The notes under the pieces are model-generated. The model did not search any database and was not told where the DNA came from. It saw only the letters and a program-made list of their open reading frames with translations. Positions 50,701 to 64,000 of a stretch of 64,000 bases of DNA are shown here, one piece after another. The stretch lies in NCBI RefSeq assembly GCF_009914755.1, contig NC_060931.1. One strand, given 5' to 3'. The stretch's first letter is position 1. The number at the start of each line of letters is the position of its first letter. Made by a program: the position numbers and the translations under genes. The stretch is from the human T2T-CHM13v2.0 reference genome, Homo sapiens.

Positions 50701-51302
50701 AGCTGTACCATTGATTGAGAAATTTTTATCAAAAAAGCGTTTGGTACGTAAGTCTATAAATGCAACTAAGACATTGTCAATTACTTGGGTAAATATCAGA
50801 AATGAAAATATTGAATTCAAAATTTTGAACATATTGCAATGAATAGTTTGTGTACATCAGAGTGGAAGAGCAGTCTTTCAGTCCTTAAAGCCAATACATG
50901 ACTGCTTATACAAATATCAGTTTATATAACAAAGCTCAGCTCTTTTAGAATTTGACATGCTACCCAATCAGTTACAGACACTATGAAATAAGATAGTAAT
51001 ATTCGGAAACTATTAAAAAAATACTTTGGAAAACTTGGCAAAACTTTGCTTTTTCTTAATATATTTGGCTTCCCTTAGGAAGAAACTATTACCTCCATGC
51101 TACTGAAATGTATTGCAAATCAGGCTGAAAACAGTGATTTTCCCAAAGCAGGAATTTCATGATTTGGGCAATTTTGATTAATTTGTAATTTGTTGTGTAG
51201 ACATGGTTCTAATTACCTCCACCTTCTCCAAATACTTCTAATAAAGGAGAGTTAATGAAAATAAATATGTAGAAGTCACAATTTTCTCAAACGGAGAGAA
51301 AA

Positions 51303-51860
<558 letters not shown>

Positions 51861-52031
51861 ACTTTAAACCAGAAGTTTTCACAGCATATCTATAATGGTA
51901 AAAAATAATTTTACTCCAGAATCCTCAATATATATATACTTTCAAATATATATGTATTATAATACATTACATACATTATAAAACAACATAAAAATAGAAA
52001 CTTTGAAAGGATGAAAAATGCCAGATTTTAA

Positions 52032-53943
52032 AATTTATTTTTTATTGATACATAATCGTTGTGCACATTTATGTGTTTTTTGGAACATGCGTGCAATATG
52101 CAATGATCAAATAAGGATGATAGGAATATCCATCACCTCAAATATTTATTATTTCTTTTTGTTGGAATCATTCTAAATCTTCTAGCTATTTTGAAATACA
52201 TTATAAGTTACTGTTAACTATAGTCATGCTATTGTACTATTGAACACTAAAACTTATTCCTTCTCTCCAATTTTATTTTTGTGCCCACTCATCAATCTCT
52301 CTTCATTATTCCCCCCACCCCCACTTTCTAGCCTCTGGTAACCATCATTCTACTCTCTACCTCCATGAGCTCAATTTCTTTTAGCTCCCACATATGAATA
52401 AGAAAATGTGATATTTATCTTTCTGTGCCTGGCTTATTTTACTTAACATAGTGTCCTCCAGTTTCATATGTGTTGCTGCAAATGACAAGATTTTATTCTC
52501 TTTTATTGCTGAGTAATATTTCCTTGTGTACAAATAACACATTTTCCTCATCCATTCATCCACTGATGGTCACTTAGGCTGATTCTATATCTTGACTATT
52601 GTGAAAAGTGCTGCAATAAATATGGGAGTGCAGATGTCTCTCCAGTATACTGATTTCCTTTCTTTTAGATATATACTCAGAAATGGGATTGCAGAATTAT
52701 ATGTTAGTTCTAGGTTTAATTTTTTGAGGAACCTCTGTGGTGTTTTTCACAGTAGATATACTAATTTATACACTCCATCAACAGTGTACAACTGTTCTCC
52801 TTTCTCTGCATCCTAGCTAGCATCTGTTATTTTCTGTCTTTTTAATAATAACCATTTTAGCTGGTGTGAGATATCTCATTGTGGTTTTGATTTGCATTTT
52901 CCTGATGATTAGTGATGTTGAGCATTTTTTCATATACCTGGGGGACATTTGTTTGTTGTCTTTGGAGAAATGTCTATTTAGATCTTTGCCCATTTTAAAA
53001 TCAGATTTTTTTTTTTTTTGGTGATTGAGTTGTTTGAGTTTTTCACGTATTCTGGTTATTAATCCCTTGTCATCAGATGAATAGTTTAAAAATATTTTCT
53101 TCCATTCTGTAAATTGTCTCTTTACTTTGTTGATGGTTTTCTTTTCCGTGCAGAAGCTTTCTAATTTGATGTAATCCCATTTGCCAATGTTTGTTTTTGT
53201 TGCATGTGCTTTTGATACAGGGTAGGCAAGCCCCTAAATTGGGTCTTAGCCTGGGAGGGTTGTTGGCTGTGCCCAGGGAAGAATTCAAAGATTAGCTAGT
53301 GATGTCAGAAAGCAACTTTTATTAAAGTGGCAGTTTACAGCAGCCGCAGAGGTACTGCTCCTTGCAGAACAGGGCTACCTCATAGGCAATGCGCCCCGAG
53401 CAGGAGCTCAGATGCAGTTCTGTCATCATATTTATACCCAATTTTAATTACATACAAATCAAGAGGCAGGTTATTCAGAATTTTCTAGGAAAAGGGTGGT
53501 ACTTCTGGGTCATTGCTATGGGAAGAGGCAGTAACTTTTTAGATGTTGCTATGACAATGCTCAACTGACATGGCACTGGTGGCTGTGTCTTATAGAGAGG
53601 TGCTTTTGCCCCTTCCCTGTTTCAGCTAGTCTTCAATCTGGTCCAGAATTTATGTCCCACCTCTGGAGACAAGTCCCACCTTCTACCTTAGAATCTTTAG
53701 ATTTTTCCAAATATAAGATCGATCATGTTGTCTGCAAATGAGGACAATTTGACTTCTTTCATTACAATTTCAATGCCCTTTATTTCCTTTTCTTGCCTGA
53801 TTGACCTGGCTAGGACTTCTAGTACTATGCAGAACAAAAGTGGTGAAAGTGGGCATCCTTTTTTTGTTCCAGTTCTTACAGAAAATGCTTTCAGCTTTTC
53901 CCTGTTCAGTATGATGTAGGCTGTGGGTTTGTAATTTATGGCT
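52032..53943 (-). mobile_element. L1MA (MA2/3-like) 3' segment, interrupted by LTR
   Basis: L1MA 3' UTR (tttattgatacataat...atatccatcacctcaaatattt) and ORF2 on - strand. Confidence 0.9.
53213..53690 (-). mobile_element. MER66-like ERV1 solo LTR
   Basis: Reverse reads t(a)aggtagaaggtgggacttgtctccagaggtggg...ccaccagtgccatgtcagtt..., ends ..cctgtatca. Confidence 0.75.
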
Positions 53944-54932
53944 ACAACATATCAAAACCTAGAGGATATAGCAAAAACAGTACTAAGGAGAAAGTTTGTA
54001 ACAATAAACACCTACATCAGAAAAGTAGAAAAACTTCAATTAAACCACATAACCATGCACCTTAAAAAACTAGAAAAGCAAGAACCAACCAAACTCAAAA
54101 TTAGTAGAAAAAATAATAAAGCTTAGAGCAGAAATAAATGAAAATAAGATGTAAAAATAAGAAAACAAAAAGTTGGTGTTTTAAAAACATAAAAAATTGG
54201 CTTATCTTTAGCTAGACTAAATAAAAGGGAGATGACTCAAACAAAATCAGAGATGGCAAAGGAGATACTGCAAATGTTACCATAGAAATACAAAGGATCA
54301 TTAGAAAATATTATGAACAACTATACGGCAATGAATTGGAAACCCTGGAAGAAATAAATAAGTTCCTGGACATCTACCAAGATTGTACCATAAATAAACA
54401 GAAAACCTGAACAAACCAACAATGAGTAATGAGATAGAAGTAATAATAAAAAGTCTCCCATCAGAGAAAAGCCCAAGACCTGATGGCTTTACTCCTCTAT
54501 TCTACCAAACATTTAAAGACCTAATACCAATCCTACTCAAACTATTCCAAAAAATTGAAGAGGAACGAATACTTCCAAACTCATTCTATGAAGCTAGCAT
54601 TGCCCTGATACCAAAAACAAAGACACAACAAAAAGAAAACTACAGGCCAATAAAACATAGATGAAATGATCCTCAACAAAATACTAGCAAGCCAAAGTCA
54701 CCAGCACGTTAAAAAGATCATTCACCATGATCAGTGGGATTCATCCTAGGGATGCAAGGATGGCTCCACATATGCAAATCAATAATCCAGATACATCACA
54801 TTAACATAATGAAGAACAACCATACGATCATTTCAATAGGTGCTAAAAAAAAAACCTGATAAAATTCAATATCCCTTCATGATAAAAATTCTCAACAAAA
54901 TGAGTATTTAAGGAACATACCTCAAAATAATA
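53944..54932 (+). mobile_element. Inverted ORF2 segment of the same L1MA
   Basis: ORF2p peptides ([26 protein letters not shown]); ends at ggaacatacctcaaaataata. Confidence 0.9.
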
Positions 54933-55019
54933 GAAATAGAGATTTTAATTTTTTATGTCATAATGAAACATCTTGTGCACTTTCCATAGAGACACTGTAG
55001 GAAAGATCCATTCTTATTT

Positions 55020-55195
55020 AGACATTTTTATGTTTAAATATTTATAAAGTTACAAGATATAAAAATAGCTGAGAGAGGTTCAACGTACTCTTCATCCAAC
55101 TTCTTCTAATTTTGTGGTCATACATATCAAAACTAGGAAATGACACTGACACACTAGATTAACTAGACTAGATACTTTACTCAGATTTCCCGAAA
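55020..55195 (-). mobile_element. L1MC/MD 3' end fragment
   Basis: tatcaaaactaggaaatgacactgacacact...tactcagatttcc. Confidence 0.5.
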
Positions 55196-57224
55196 AAAAA
55201 TATAGACTTTTAGGAACAAAATGATCTTATCACTTGGAGAAATAATAAAATAATCTATGATACATTTGGAAGGTGCTTTTTAATTCACTGAGACCTTTCT
55301 GATTCACAAAGTCCCTAACATGCATAAGCAACCAGCAAGTGAAAGTTAACGGCTCAGCTAAGGAGTCAGTAGTTCATAGCGTTTAAGAGCACCTGTTATG
55401 ACCTGATTTGAAACCCTGTGTCAACATTTAATCTATGCCTCTTATAATGGGCCTAATAACAGTATCTACTTTATGGGATATTAGCTATTCTAAGCTGCAT
55501 TATTTTCCTAGTTACAGGAAAATAAATATACTTAGTTCAATCTTGACTTACCTGAAGTCAACTTACTAATTTAGCACAAAGTTGGACTTAAATTCAGTTC
55601 TTTCTATCCGGATGCTTTTCCTCCCATGTTATGTGTCTCCTATCCAGGGAAGGAGGAGAGAATAGAGAATACTACAGCATGCTGCTCATTGCACACTACT
55701 CTGAATGCTTTTAGACCTTCTATTCATAGTTTACTGCTTATTTTTGTTAATTATCCCTATGCCTTGAAAACAACAAGATTTCTTCAATCATTTAAAGATC
55801 AATTTAACCTTAGTCAATGATTAATAAAAATGCATTATTGTTAATAGCATCCTGCTGGCCAAAAATCACAGATATTACAGAAATGATCAGATATCGAAAG
55901 TGTTTTAGTTTCTGGGACTAATAGTATCACAAGACATTTGGTTTTTCCATTGAGGTAAAAGATACCAAACTGTAACTGTAATTTATATTATCATTTGATT
56001 TTTTATTCTAATCTTATAAAGACTTCCTGCTAGTCTTTAACAACAATGAAAAATTACACATACAAAAACAAAACATACAAACAAAACACCCTCATTATTA
56101 TTTATCTAAGGTGTTGCTTAAGGCTGCCAGGGTAATAGTAGATGATAGTTCTCAGCTAAAGACAAATTTGTTGCTACAGATCAACATGTAAACCAGATTA
56201 TTTAGCACAATTTTTCTTGTACAAATGTACCCAATCCCAGGTTTTAGAAAAACATCCAAATTTAACATAGGCTTGTTCTGTTTAAAGCCATGATGTGAAA
56301 GTGCAGCCAATTTCAGCACAACATCACATGTTGAATATTCTTTTCCTGTCATATGGGAAATTTTTATTTAATTTTCTAACTTTTTAAAGTAATCTTCACA
56401 TGTCCTTCAATAAATGTAAACATTAACTGTTGCTATTATCCTAGTTCTGTTTTAGAAGAATCATATTTACTATACCTATTAATAGTTCACATGAAGCAAG
56501 AAACCTAATATTTATATTTTACAATAAATATTATGAATATCTCTCTCAGGGAAAGAAACTGTTTAGATAATCTGCTTTTCACATAGAAAAATCTTGTTTC
56601 TAAATCTTAGAGACTACAGTTTTTGTCTTAACTTTTTCATGTTAGAGACAGTTTTTACTGTAAAAGTAAAATAGTGCCTTGTAGCTATAGTTAGCAACCC
56701 TTTTTTTGCTTTGTTTTTGCAAAAGGGGGAAATTATGGAAGCTATAAATAAGTAATGATTGCCAAAGATCAGAGGAATTTTACATAAGACCAAAGCAATT
56801 TAATCTGGTGCTTTGATACAAGTATTTAATAATTCAGCACAACGACAATAATGGCATCTTGAGAATTTCCAACAACTGATTTCCCCTCCAAGGTATTAGA
56901 AGATGATTAGAAATTGAATGGTTCTAAGTCATAAATTAATTTTTGAACCTTTTCTAGATGTGGGGTGAAGTGTATTCTTTTAAATAGTTGCTATCCAATC
57001 TCTTTAGTGAAAATACAAAAAAAAAAAAAATGTTAATACATTGGTCCTCTGTGTAGTAGAATCCACTAAGCCAGAGGCAGAATAGCATTTTTATTTCCCT
57101 AGGTCGAACATTCAAAATCTGTAGATTGAAAAAATATATTTCACACATATCATCTTCATGTAATTTTTCCTCATATCTTTATGAATATGCCTACAGATGT
57201 GATCCAAAATGGCCTGATTCTCAG

Positions 57225-57385
57225 ACTAGAGTGAGCCAGTTCTTACTCAGTGGGTCACTTTTGCCTCCTTCTAACCAGTTGCATCTTAGACAGTTTTTTT
57301 CTGAGTTTAAATTTTCTCATGGGTAAGATAAAGAAATTGGACTCTGTAATCTCAATAATCTCCTCTAGTTCTGAAGTGTTCTGAG
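57225..57385 (+). mobile_element. MIR/MIR3 fragment
   Basis: cttagacagtttttt ctgagtttaaattttctcatgggtaagat...ttggact...tcctctagttctga. Confidence 0.55.
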
Positions 57386-57479
57386 CATGTTACTCTGTAA
57401 ATAATTCCTAAAAGGAGAAGGCCCTTCATGATTCAGCCTCATCTCATTTGTCCAGCTAGCCATAGTTACTGACAGTTTT

Positions 57480-57850
57480 GTAAATCCCAGGTTGCTTCAT
57501 GAGTCCATGTTGATTCTTGTATAAATGGAAAGTCCTTTCTGCCTTACGTTACAAGGAAACACCTATATATTCTTCAACACCATGTTCAATTATCTTTACT
57601 CTAAAATGTTCTTTATTTCAGTCTTACAGAGTTCATTATGTTCTCCTTAAGCCATCACTTTTATTGTCATATTTTTCTCTATTTTCATACCAATCATTCT
57701 AAATGATAATATTCTTTTAAACATCCATGTCAGTAAATAAACTATGATTTCTTTGAAGATAAGAATCATGTTTTGTGTTTGTGCCTCCACAAGAAATGCA
57801 TTTTACATTCTGAATACCCAATAAATGAGTGATAAATAAGAGTCAATTAA
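57480..57850 (+). mobile_element. L2 3' end
   Basis: aaactatgatttctttgaagataagaatcatgtttt...caataaatgagtgataaat. Confidence 0.55.
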
Positions 57851-57884
57851 ACAGTTAATAATTCAAGAGTATATTAATGAAAAG

Positions 57885-58125
57885 AATATTGGGGACATAA
57901 GCTTGACATTATGGTATCAATTCTGTTAATTATTAATTTCTCATTCTTGTATGAATCATTTCAATTTACTGAGCCTCTTTGGTCAAGTATCAATAATAAT
58001 GCAAACATTGTCTTATTGGACAGGTTTTATGATCATATGTTACGGTAATTCATAGCAAGTTACATGAATATATGTTATTAAAATTATATGTAAAGCATCA
58101 TGTCACACAGCATAAATAGATGCAA
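57885..58125 (+). mobile_element. MIR, decayed
   Basis: gaatcatttcaatttactgagcctc...tatatgtaaagcat...cacacagcataa. Confidence 0.45.
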
Positions 58126-61046
58126 TTTTGTCTATTAAAATAACTTAAAAATATATGTAAGACTACTTTAAACTACAAAGAGATCTAATTGTAAAGGATT
58201 ATTGTGTGTTATTAACTACCACAATCCAATATAATAATGAAAATTCCATGTTCTTGATCTATCAGTTATAGGTTTTTTCTTTAATCCTCAAAAATGCCTT
58301 TTAAACATCTAGATGGCAACGGCAGATTCAAAGTTCCAGCTAACAGATGAGTCAGAAGTACCTGAAAAACCGTAATAGTTTTCCAAACATCAAAATGTCT
58401 TCTACATTGTACTTTCCAGCTGTGTCAATTAACATAGTTTAGTTTTTACTTAAAAAAATCTTCTACACAACACAAAATTGAGCTGTAGAAATACCTGAGT
58501 TTACATTACTAATGAGTTTTATGCCATTAACTTTTTAGTTTGTTCCTTTTTTATTTTTATATTTAACTCCAAAAAATGTATTTATATGAGAAAGTGATGC
58601 TTTCCTCTGTTACAAAAAGTTGAAGAATATAAAATTTGAACATGATTTCTACAGTTGTCTCACATGAAATAATGAAGCATATACAACTCCACAATAGACT
58701 TTCTTGTTAATAGTGAGCAGTAGAAGTGGTCACAATGCCAGTTGCCCAGGAGGTCCAGCCAGAAGACATCTGTGCCTTAGGGTGCAAGACTCACTATGTT
58801 GACTAATCATGCAATGTGTTTGCAATTAAAATAGCACCTCTGAAACTCTGCCAGTGTGTTACATACGTGACCTGACAAGTATTTTTAAAAAAGTAATGGT
58901 GCTTCATATTGAGGTAAATTGCAAAGATATGTTTAGGACCAAATTAAAATTGTTTCTATATATATATATAAAATGAATTGAACCAGATGATTTTAATACT
59001 GTTGTCAGTAAAAATCTTCAAGAAAATATTAATAGCCTGAACTATAAGAACAACTAGAGAGTTACATAAATCCATGTGTTCTGCTGAAAAAGGGAAATAT
59101 ATGCCATTTGGAGGTAATAATTTTCCTCATTCAGATGCAGAATATTATGCAAATTTAAAAAATGCTTCATGGACGTGTAACTTTGTAGCTGATAAAAAAA
59201 TTCTCATAGTGCTATCTGAGATGAATGTACAAAAACGTTTAACATTCAATTAGGAAATATAGCAGATATGTGCACAAGTATAGATATATAGATAAATTGC
59301 TATGCATGTAGACATAGACATAGTTACGGAAATGAATATGGGCATAGACATGCAACCAAGTATGCATTACTAAATCAACACATAACTTTAGAAATAGTAA
59401 TAAGTGCCAAGCTCCTTCTCTTCTAACACTCTACAGATTCTCAAAAACGTTGTGATTTTCCAGTAATGCCTTCCTACTCAACGTGGGCCTCTGTTTCCAC
59501 TTCGATTGCACTTGTCTAGTCCCTCATAGACAACACTCTTTATTATATATTCTAGGTCTTCATTTTCTCTAGTATTGTTAAACTAATGGTGGATTATAGC
59601 CCAAGAACAGTGTCATTTCTCTTGACTCTGTCTGAAAGCCTATTCAACCTTTATTTTCTTCTTCTTGAAAACTTTTATAGGCTGTGTAGATTTTCTGAAT
59701 GCCCAGACTTAAGTTCTAAAATTACTACGTGGCCATCTTACTCACTACATAAGAAATGCTGTATGTGAAAGAAAATCACTTTTTTATTTATACTTCACTG
59801 AAATTTTACAAGATCTACATTACAACGATAAACTGTTTCAAGGTATTTTTCATCACATCCTGCTATTTCTGTTGATGGTCTGAGAAAACTCCAGGTTTTT
59901 TAAAATTTACCTGAGGAGGACATATCCATGCTTATTCTCATTTAATAATAAAACATTTTAACCAACAACACTGTCTATTCTAAATTGTTAAAAAGAATAA
60001 AAGCCAGATACAGAACAACAAATGAAAAGACAGTAAATGAATGAAATTGTTTTTAACTTTGTACTCAGTGTATTGTTACAGCAAATTTTGTCTCCCTAAT
60101 TAGGAACTGCTTGGGTTAAAATTAAGCCCAATTTCTCTCTTTGAGAGGAAACTGACATAGTAGGGGACAACTAATGAAATATACTCATATGCTTTTGAAT
60201 ACCTTATTTGTCATAGAATGTATGTGCATGCACATATGGGATAATAATATTAGGACCATGAGCAGCTAAGCATATGAATCATACATTCATTCCAATCATT
60301 TAAAGTCCACAAATAAGAATACATTAGTGTGTGTTTGTGGGTTGGGTGAGGGCAGAGAACACTTTTTCTCTTTTGATAGTTCCCTCGATGTTGTATAAGT
60401 TCTCCTTGCTTAATCTTCCAGGTCATCCTCAAGTCTCCTTACTTCCATCTCTCCAGGGAAGGATCTGTGACTTAAAGTGATTGGCTAGTTTGGAAGGAGA
60501 AACAAGGATATCAGCCTAGCCTTTTCTTTCTCTCCTTTTTTGCAGAGAGGGCACATATTCTACTCTGCTTTTCCATGTCATCATGCTGGAGAGCCCACGT
60601 TAGGCCAGGGTAGATAAGTCTTTCCAGTTCTGTGTTAAGAGTACTGGGAAATTCTGTTGCCTCCAGATATAAACAGCATCTCCCAAGGCCTCACCTTTCC
60701 TCTTATCTGCGTTATGTGTTTTCCTTATTTTTCCCAGGTAGCTCAGACTCAGATGTGGAGACGAAGGGTTATAAAAATTATCTCCAAGTTCATTGTTATA
60801 ACTAAAAGAGGCTTCATTTCTTTTCTAAAAGGACTCTTATTCATTCTGCCACTGATATCAATGTGCCTAACCAACATATCTTACTCTAAAATTGAGACGA
60901 TTGTGTGGTCTCCCTCTCTCAACCTTATTATATAAAATAAGTATACAAATTCTGCCCATACACTTTGAAAGCCATACAGAATTAAAGACTTAGAGAATAA
61001 AAATAAACATAATAACAGTTTTCAATGGTATTTGAAAATAAGAAAT

Positions 61047-61210
61047 TAACAGCACAGAGAAAGAGTACTGGGTGGAGATTGAAAGATCTTGTTTCCAATT
61101 CTGATGTTGGTAGAACAATGAGACCTCAAATGAATCACTTTACCTCTGTAGACCTCTTTGAGTTCTATCACTATTTTATAATTTAATTTTGGAGAACTGT
61201 AAATGAAGGA
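61047..61210 (+). mobile_element. MIR, decayed
   Basis: gaaagagtactgggtggagattgaaagatcttgtttcc...aatcactttacctctgtagacctc. Confidence 0.5.
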
Positions 61211-64000
61211 TTTTAAATACTTACATTTTGTACGGATGTATTGAGCAAAAAATATGTGTGTGTACATATTTAATACAATATTTACTCACATTTAAAAAAT
61301 ATATTGAGCATAACATTATATATGCATGTAGATATGTATATATACACACATACACATATTATGTACCTAGGCAGAAAGGCTGTTTGTGTTTATTTAAAAT
61401 GAAATAAAAATTTTCATTTTGAAGATTTTTTAAAAAATTTTTTCTTATTAAATTAAATTTTTGTATTATAGAAAAAAATCAGAAAGTAAAAATCACCCAT
61501 TTTATATACACAGACACACACCCATATATAAAATCACCCATAGTCTTAAAATGTTGGTGCATATCCTGTCATCTCTCTATCGCTTCACTCTCTTCCTCTT
61601 TCTCTTCACTCTCTTACTCTTCACCTGTATCTCTATAATTATATAACATAGAATTAATGTTTTATATATTTCCAAAAAATGTTGTTACTGGATATTTTAT
61701 ATAGTTTATTTTAAAAACTGTCTTATTGTCTACCTTGAAAGTATCTGAAAAAACGTTTGTTGATGTGCTCTGTACACCAAAGGCAGCAAATTGGTGTTAT
61801 TCTTTTTAGTAACCTTAAAGCAATATAATTCAGAGAATGAAGTATATGAAGTACCCTTGACAAATTTTGCTAAAAATCATTCTATATTCAAGGACAAAAA
61901 ATAATTTGATAAGAAGAAAGATCTCCCCTTCTCATATATTTTTCTAAACAGCAGTATTCACAGTAACTTATAGAATATTGGACTAAGTATTCCTTCCTTG
62001 AAATTATAGCCACATTCAAGGTAGACTAAAAAGAATCCAAGCCAAAACAAATAACTACAAGCTCTGCAAGACTACTCTGCACTACAAGGTTTTTATTCTC
62101 AATTTAATCAGAATTTTACAGATTGCACTCTGAAACTCACAGTCTTATTTTCCAATCACAGCTGCTGGTTACAAATATTTGCAAATTCTTTGATTAGAAA
62201 TAATTCTCTGTTCATGGAGAAGCTTATAATTTAATCACTACCGAATTTGTAAAAGACCAATGAATTCGAGTTACAAGCAAGGATCCTTTCACTGAGATGC
62301 TATAGGTTAATTTGTTCTATTCTCTAATTTTATATTTTCATTTGCATAGAGAATTAAGAAATATTTAAAGCTAAAACTTATAATATTAATCTTGATTAAG
62401 TGTCATACAATTTTTTTCTTTGTAAATTTATAAAGAACATGTGTTGATGTAAATGTTTTCTCTGGAAATGCATTTCAACATAATCCTACATGAGTTACAG
62501 GAGATTTAGACTGTCGTGTGAACCTGTAGTGCAATCATAGATTTCGGAGATAAACATGATTTCTTAGGTGGTTATTTTCACTATGACATATTTTATATAC
62601 ATAAGTGGACAAATTCAAGTCACTTCCAGGAATCTATAAAGAATTATCCTGTGATATGTTTTAAAGTTTTAAACTAAGTTCATGATGTGTTTAATATTTG
62701 GAATGGAGGATACAGGAGATTAATTATAGCACCAAAATCCAAATTCTTGAATGGATATCTTTAAGAACTCAGTGCTAACGCTTGTTATGATTTGCTAATC
62801 CTTTAATAAACCTGTTTTTCATTTTTCAACAGAAAGAGCAATCAGCTTCCAATTACTTAAAAATACATTTTATGTATATTGAGGGTGTACTAGATAGTTT
62901 GATTTTGTTTTTTCACTGCTTAGCACATCCTCTAAGGAAAATAAAAGCAGCTGAACTTCACGTCAATCAAACAAATTTTATATGCACATTATCTGTCTGA
63001 AGCATTTACTGCCCAGCTGGTAACCCTGTTATTTTGTCTGATTTGCCTGCTTTGCCCAATACGGTATATGATATTTTTCAAAAGCTATCTGGTCAGCCAA
63101 ACATGATGATGTTTAGAACATAAAAATATAAATTTTTGATCGAAGCAAAAATTAGTTATTCTTCTGTACTGGAAAAAATTATATACATACAGGCTAATCT
63201 TTTAATACATTCAGGACTCTTCAGTGTAACAGAGGTACTCATGAAATCATGGGACTGCCCAAAAGAAGATATCCTAAAAGTATGCCATTAACACAGTGCT
63301 TACTTCAAGTTGACCTCTTTGACCAGGTCAGACTTCAAAGAGATCTCTTGAAACAGGTACTATATCACACCCGCGTGACTCCTAAATACACATTTTTGTG
63401 TTCAATACCCAAATTAATTGAGAACAAATCCCAATTTGGGGGATATAGTAAGAAGAGCAAGGTAGACGAGAGAAAAACAGACATCAAGGAAAGAGAAAAA
63501 CAGCTGCCAGGAGTTTGGAGTTTTCTAGTTATTCTTCCTACCTTCCATCTCTGCCTCCTACTCTGTCCCCTGTCCACTTTATATACCTGGAGTTGAGGTC
63601 AGACAGAAACTGGGAAGTGTTTAGAACCATCCAGGTACATGAAAGCCAAGAAGATCTTGCTCTTTCATGTTTGATCATCTTTTAGGCAATCAGCCTGAGG
63701 CATCGCTTGTTAGAAAACCTAGCAAGTAGTAGGGGTGGCAGAAGGAGACATTTTTTGTAGTTTTTTGGGACATCCTTAGTTCTGGTGGGCTTGCACAGAA
63801 CCCAGATGAAGCTAAATCTGGCTGAAGAGATAGCCAAGAGAGTGTTATATGAGATTTAAGGATTGTTTTGATGGTAGGACACAATATACTGACTTTCAGA
63901 TAAATGAAAGTCAGAAGTCTTCGTTACTTAACAACGTTGAGCTAGAGAATGCTGCCACGTAGAGGATTGTACTCAGGGACACGGTAACAGTAAACTGGAA

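Noticed and set aside
63249-63596. 115-aa ATG ORF
   Set aside because: No recognisable domain or homology; length is within chance expectation.

Overview
AT-rich primate (most likely human) non-coding DNA, intronic or intergenic. I find no supportable protein-coding exon, RNA gene, CpG island or CRISPR array; all ORFs in the track are fragments of transposable elements (TEs) or chance. Much of the window is interspersed repeat (L1PA/L1MA/L1MB/L1ME, Alu Y/Sg/Sp/Sx, L2, MIR, MaLR and MER66 LTRs, MER94). Subfamily names come from recalled consensus motifs, not a database search. The notable content is a dense record of non-canonical retrotransposition and repair events. (1) An L1PA7-like insert whose 13-bp target-site duplication (TSD) encloses a ~230-bp 3' transduction (6716-8322). 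(2) Two clear and one possible twin-primed (5'-inverted) L1s. (3) An AluY whose right arm is partly replaced by an inverted foreign Alu end plus unique flank (35922-36316). (4) An L2 split by a 7.1-kb composite L1MB/L1PA block carrying two orphan segments. (5) A hairpin-seeded templated-insertion scar (26294-26422). Two repeat-free blocks (27740-28600 with a CTCF-like motif; 30830-31420) look like conserved enhancers. I see no evidence for a wholly new biological system.
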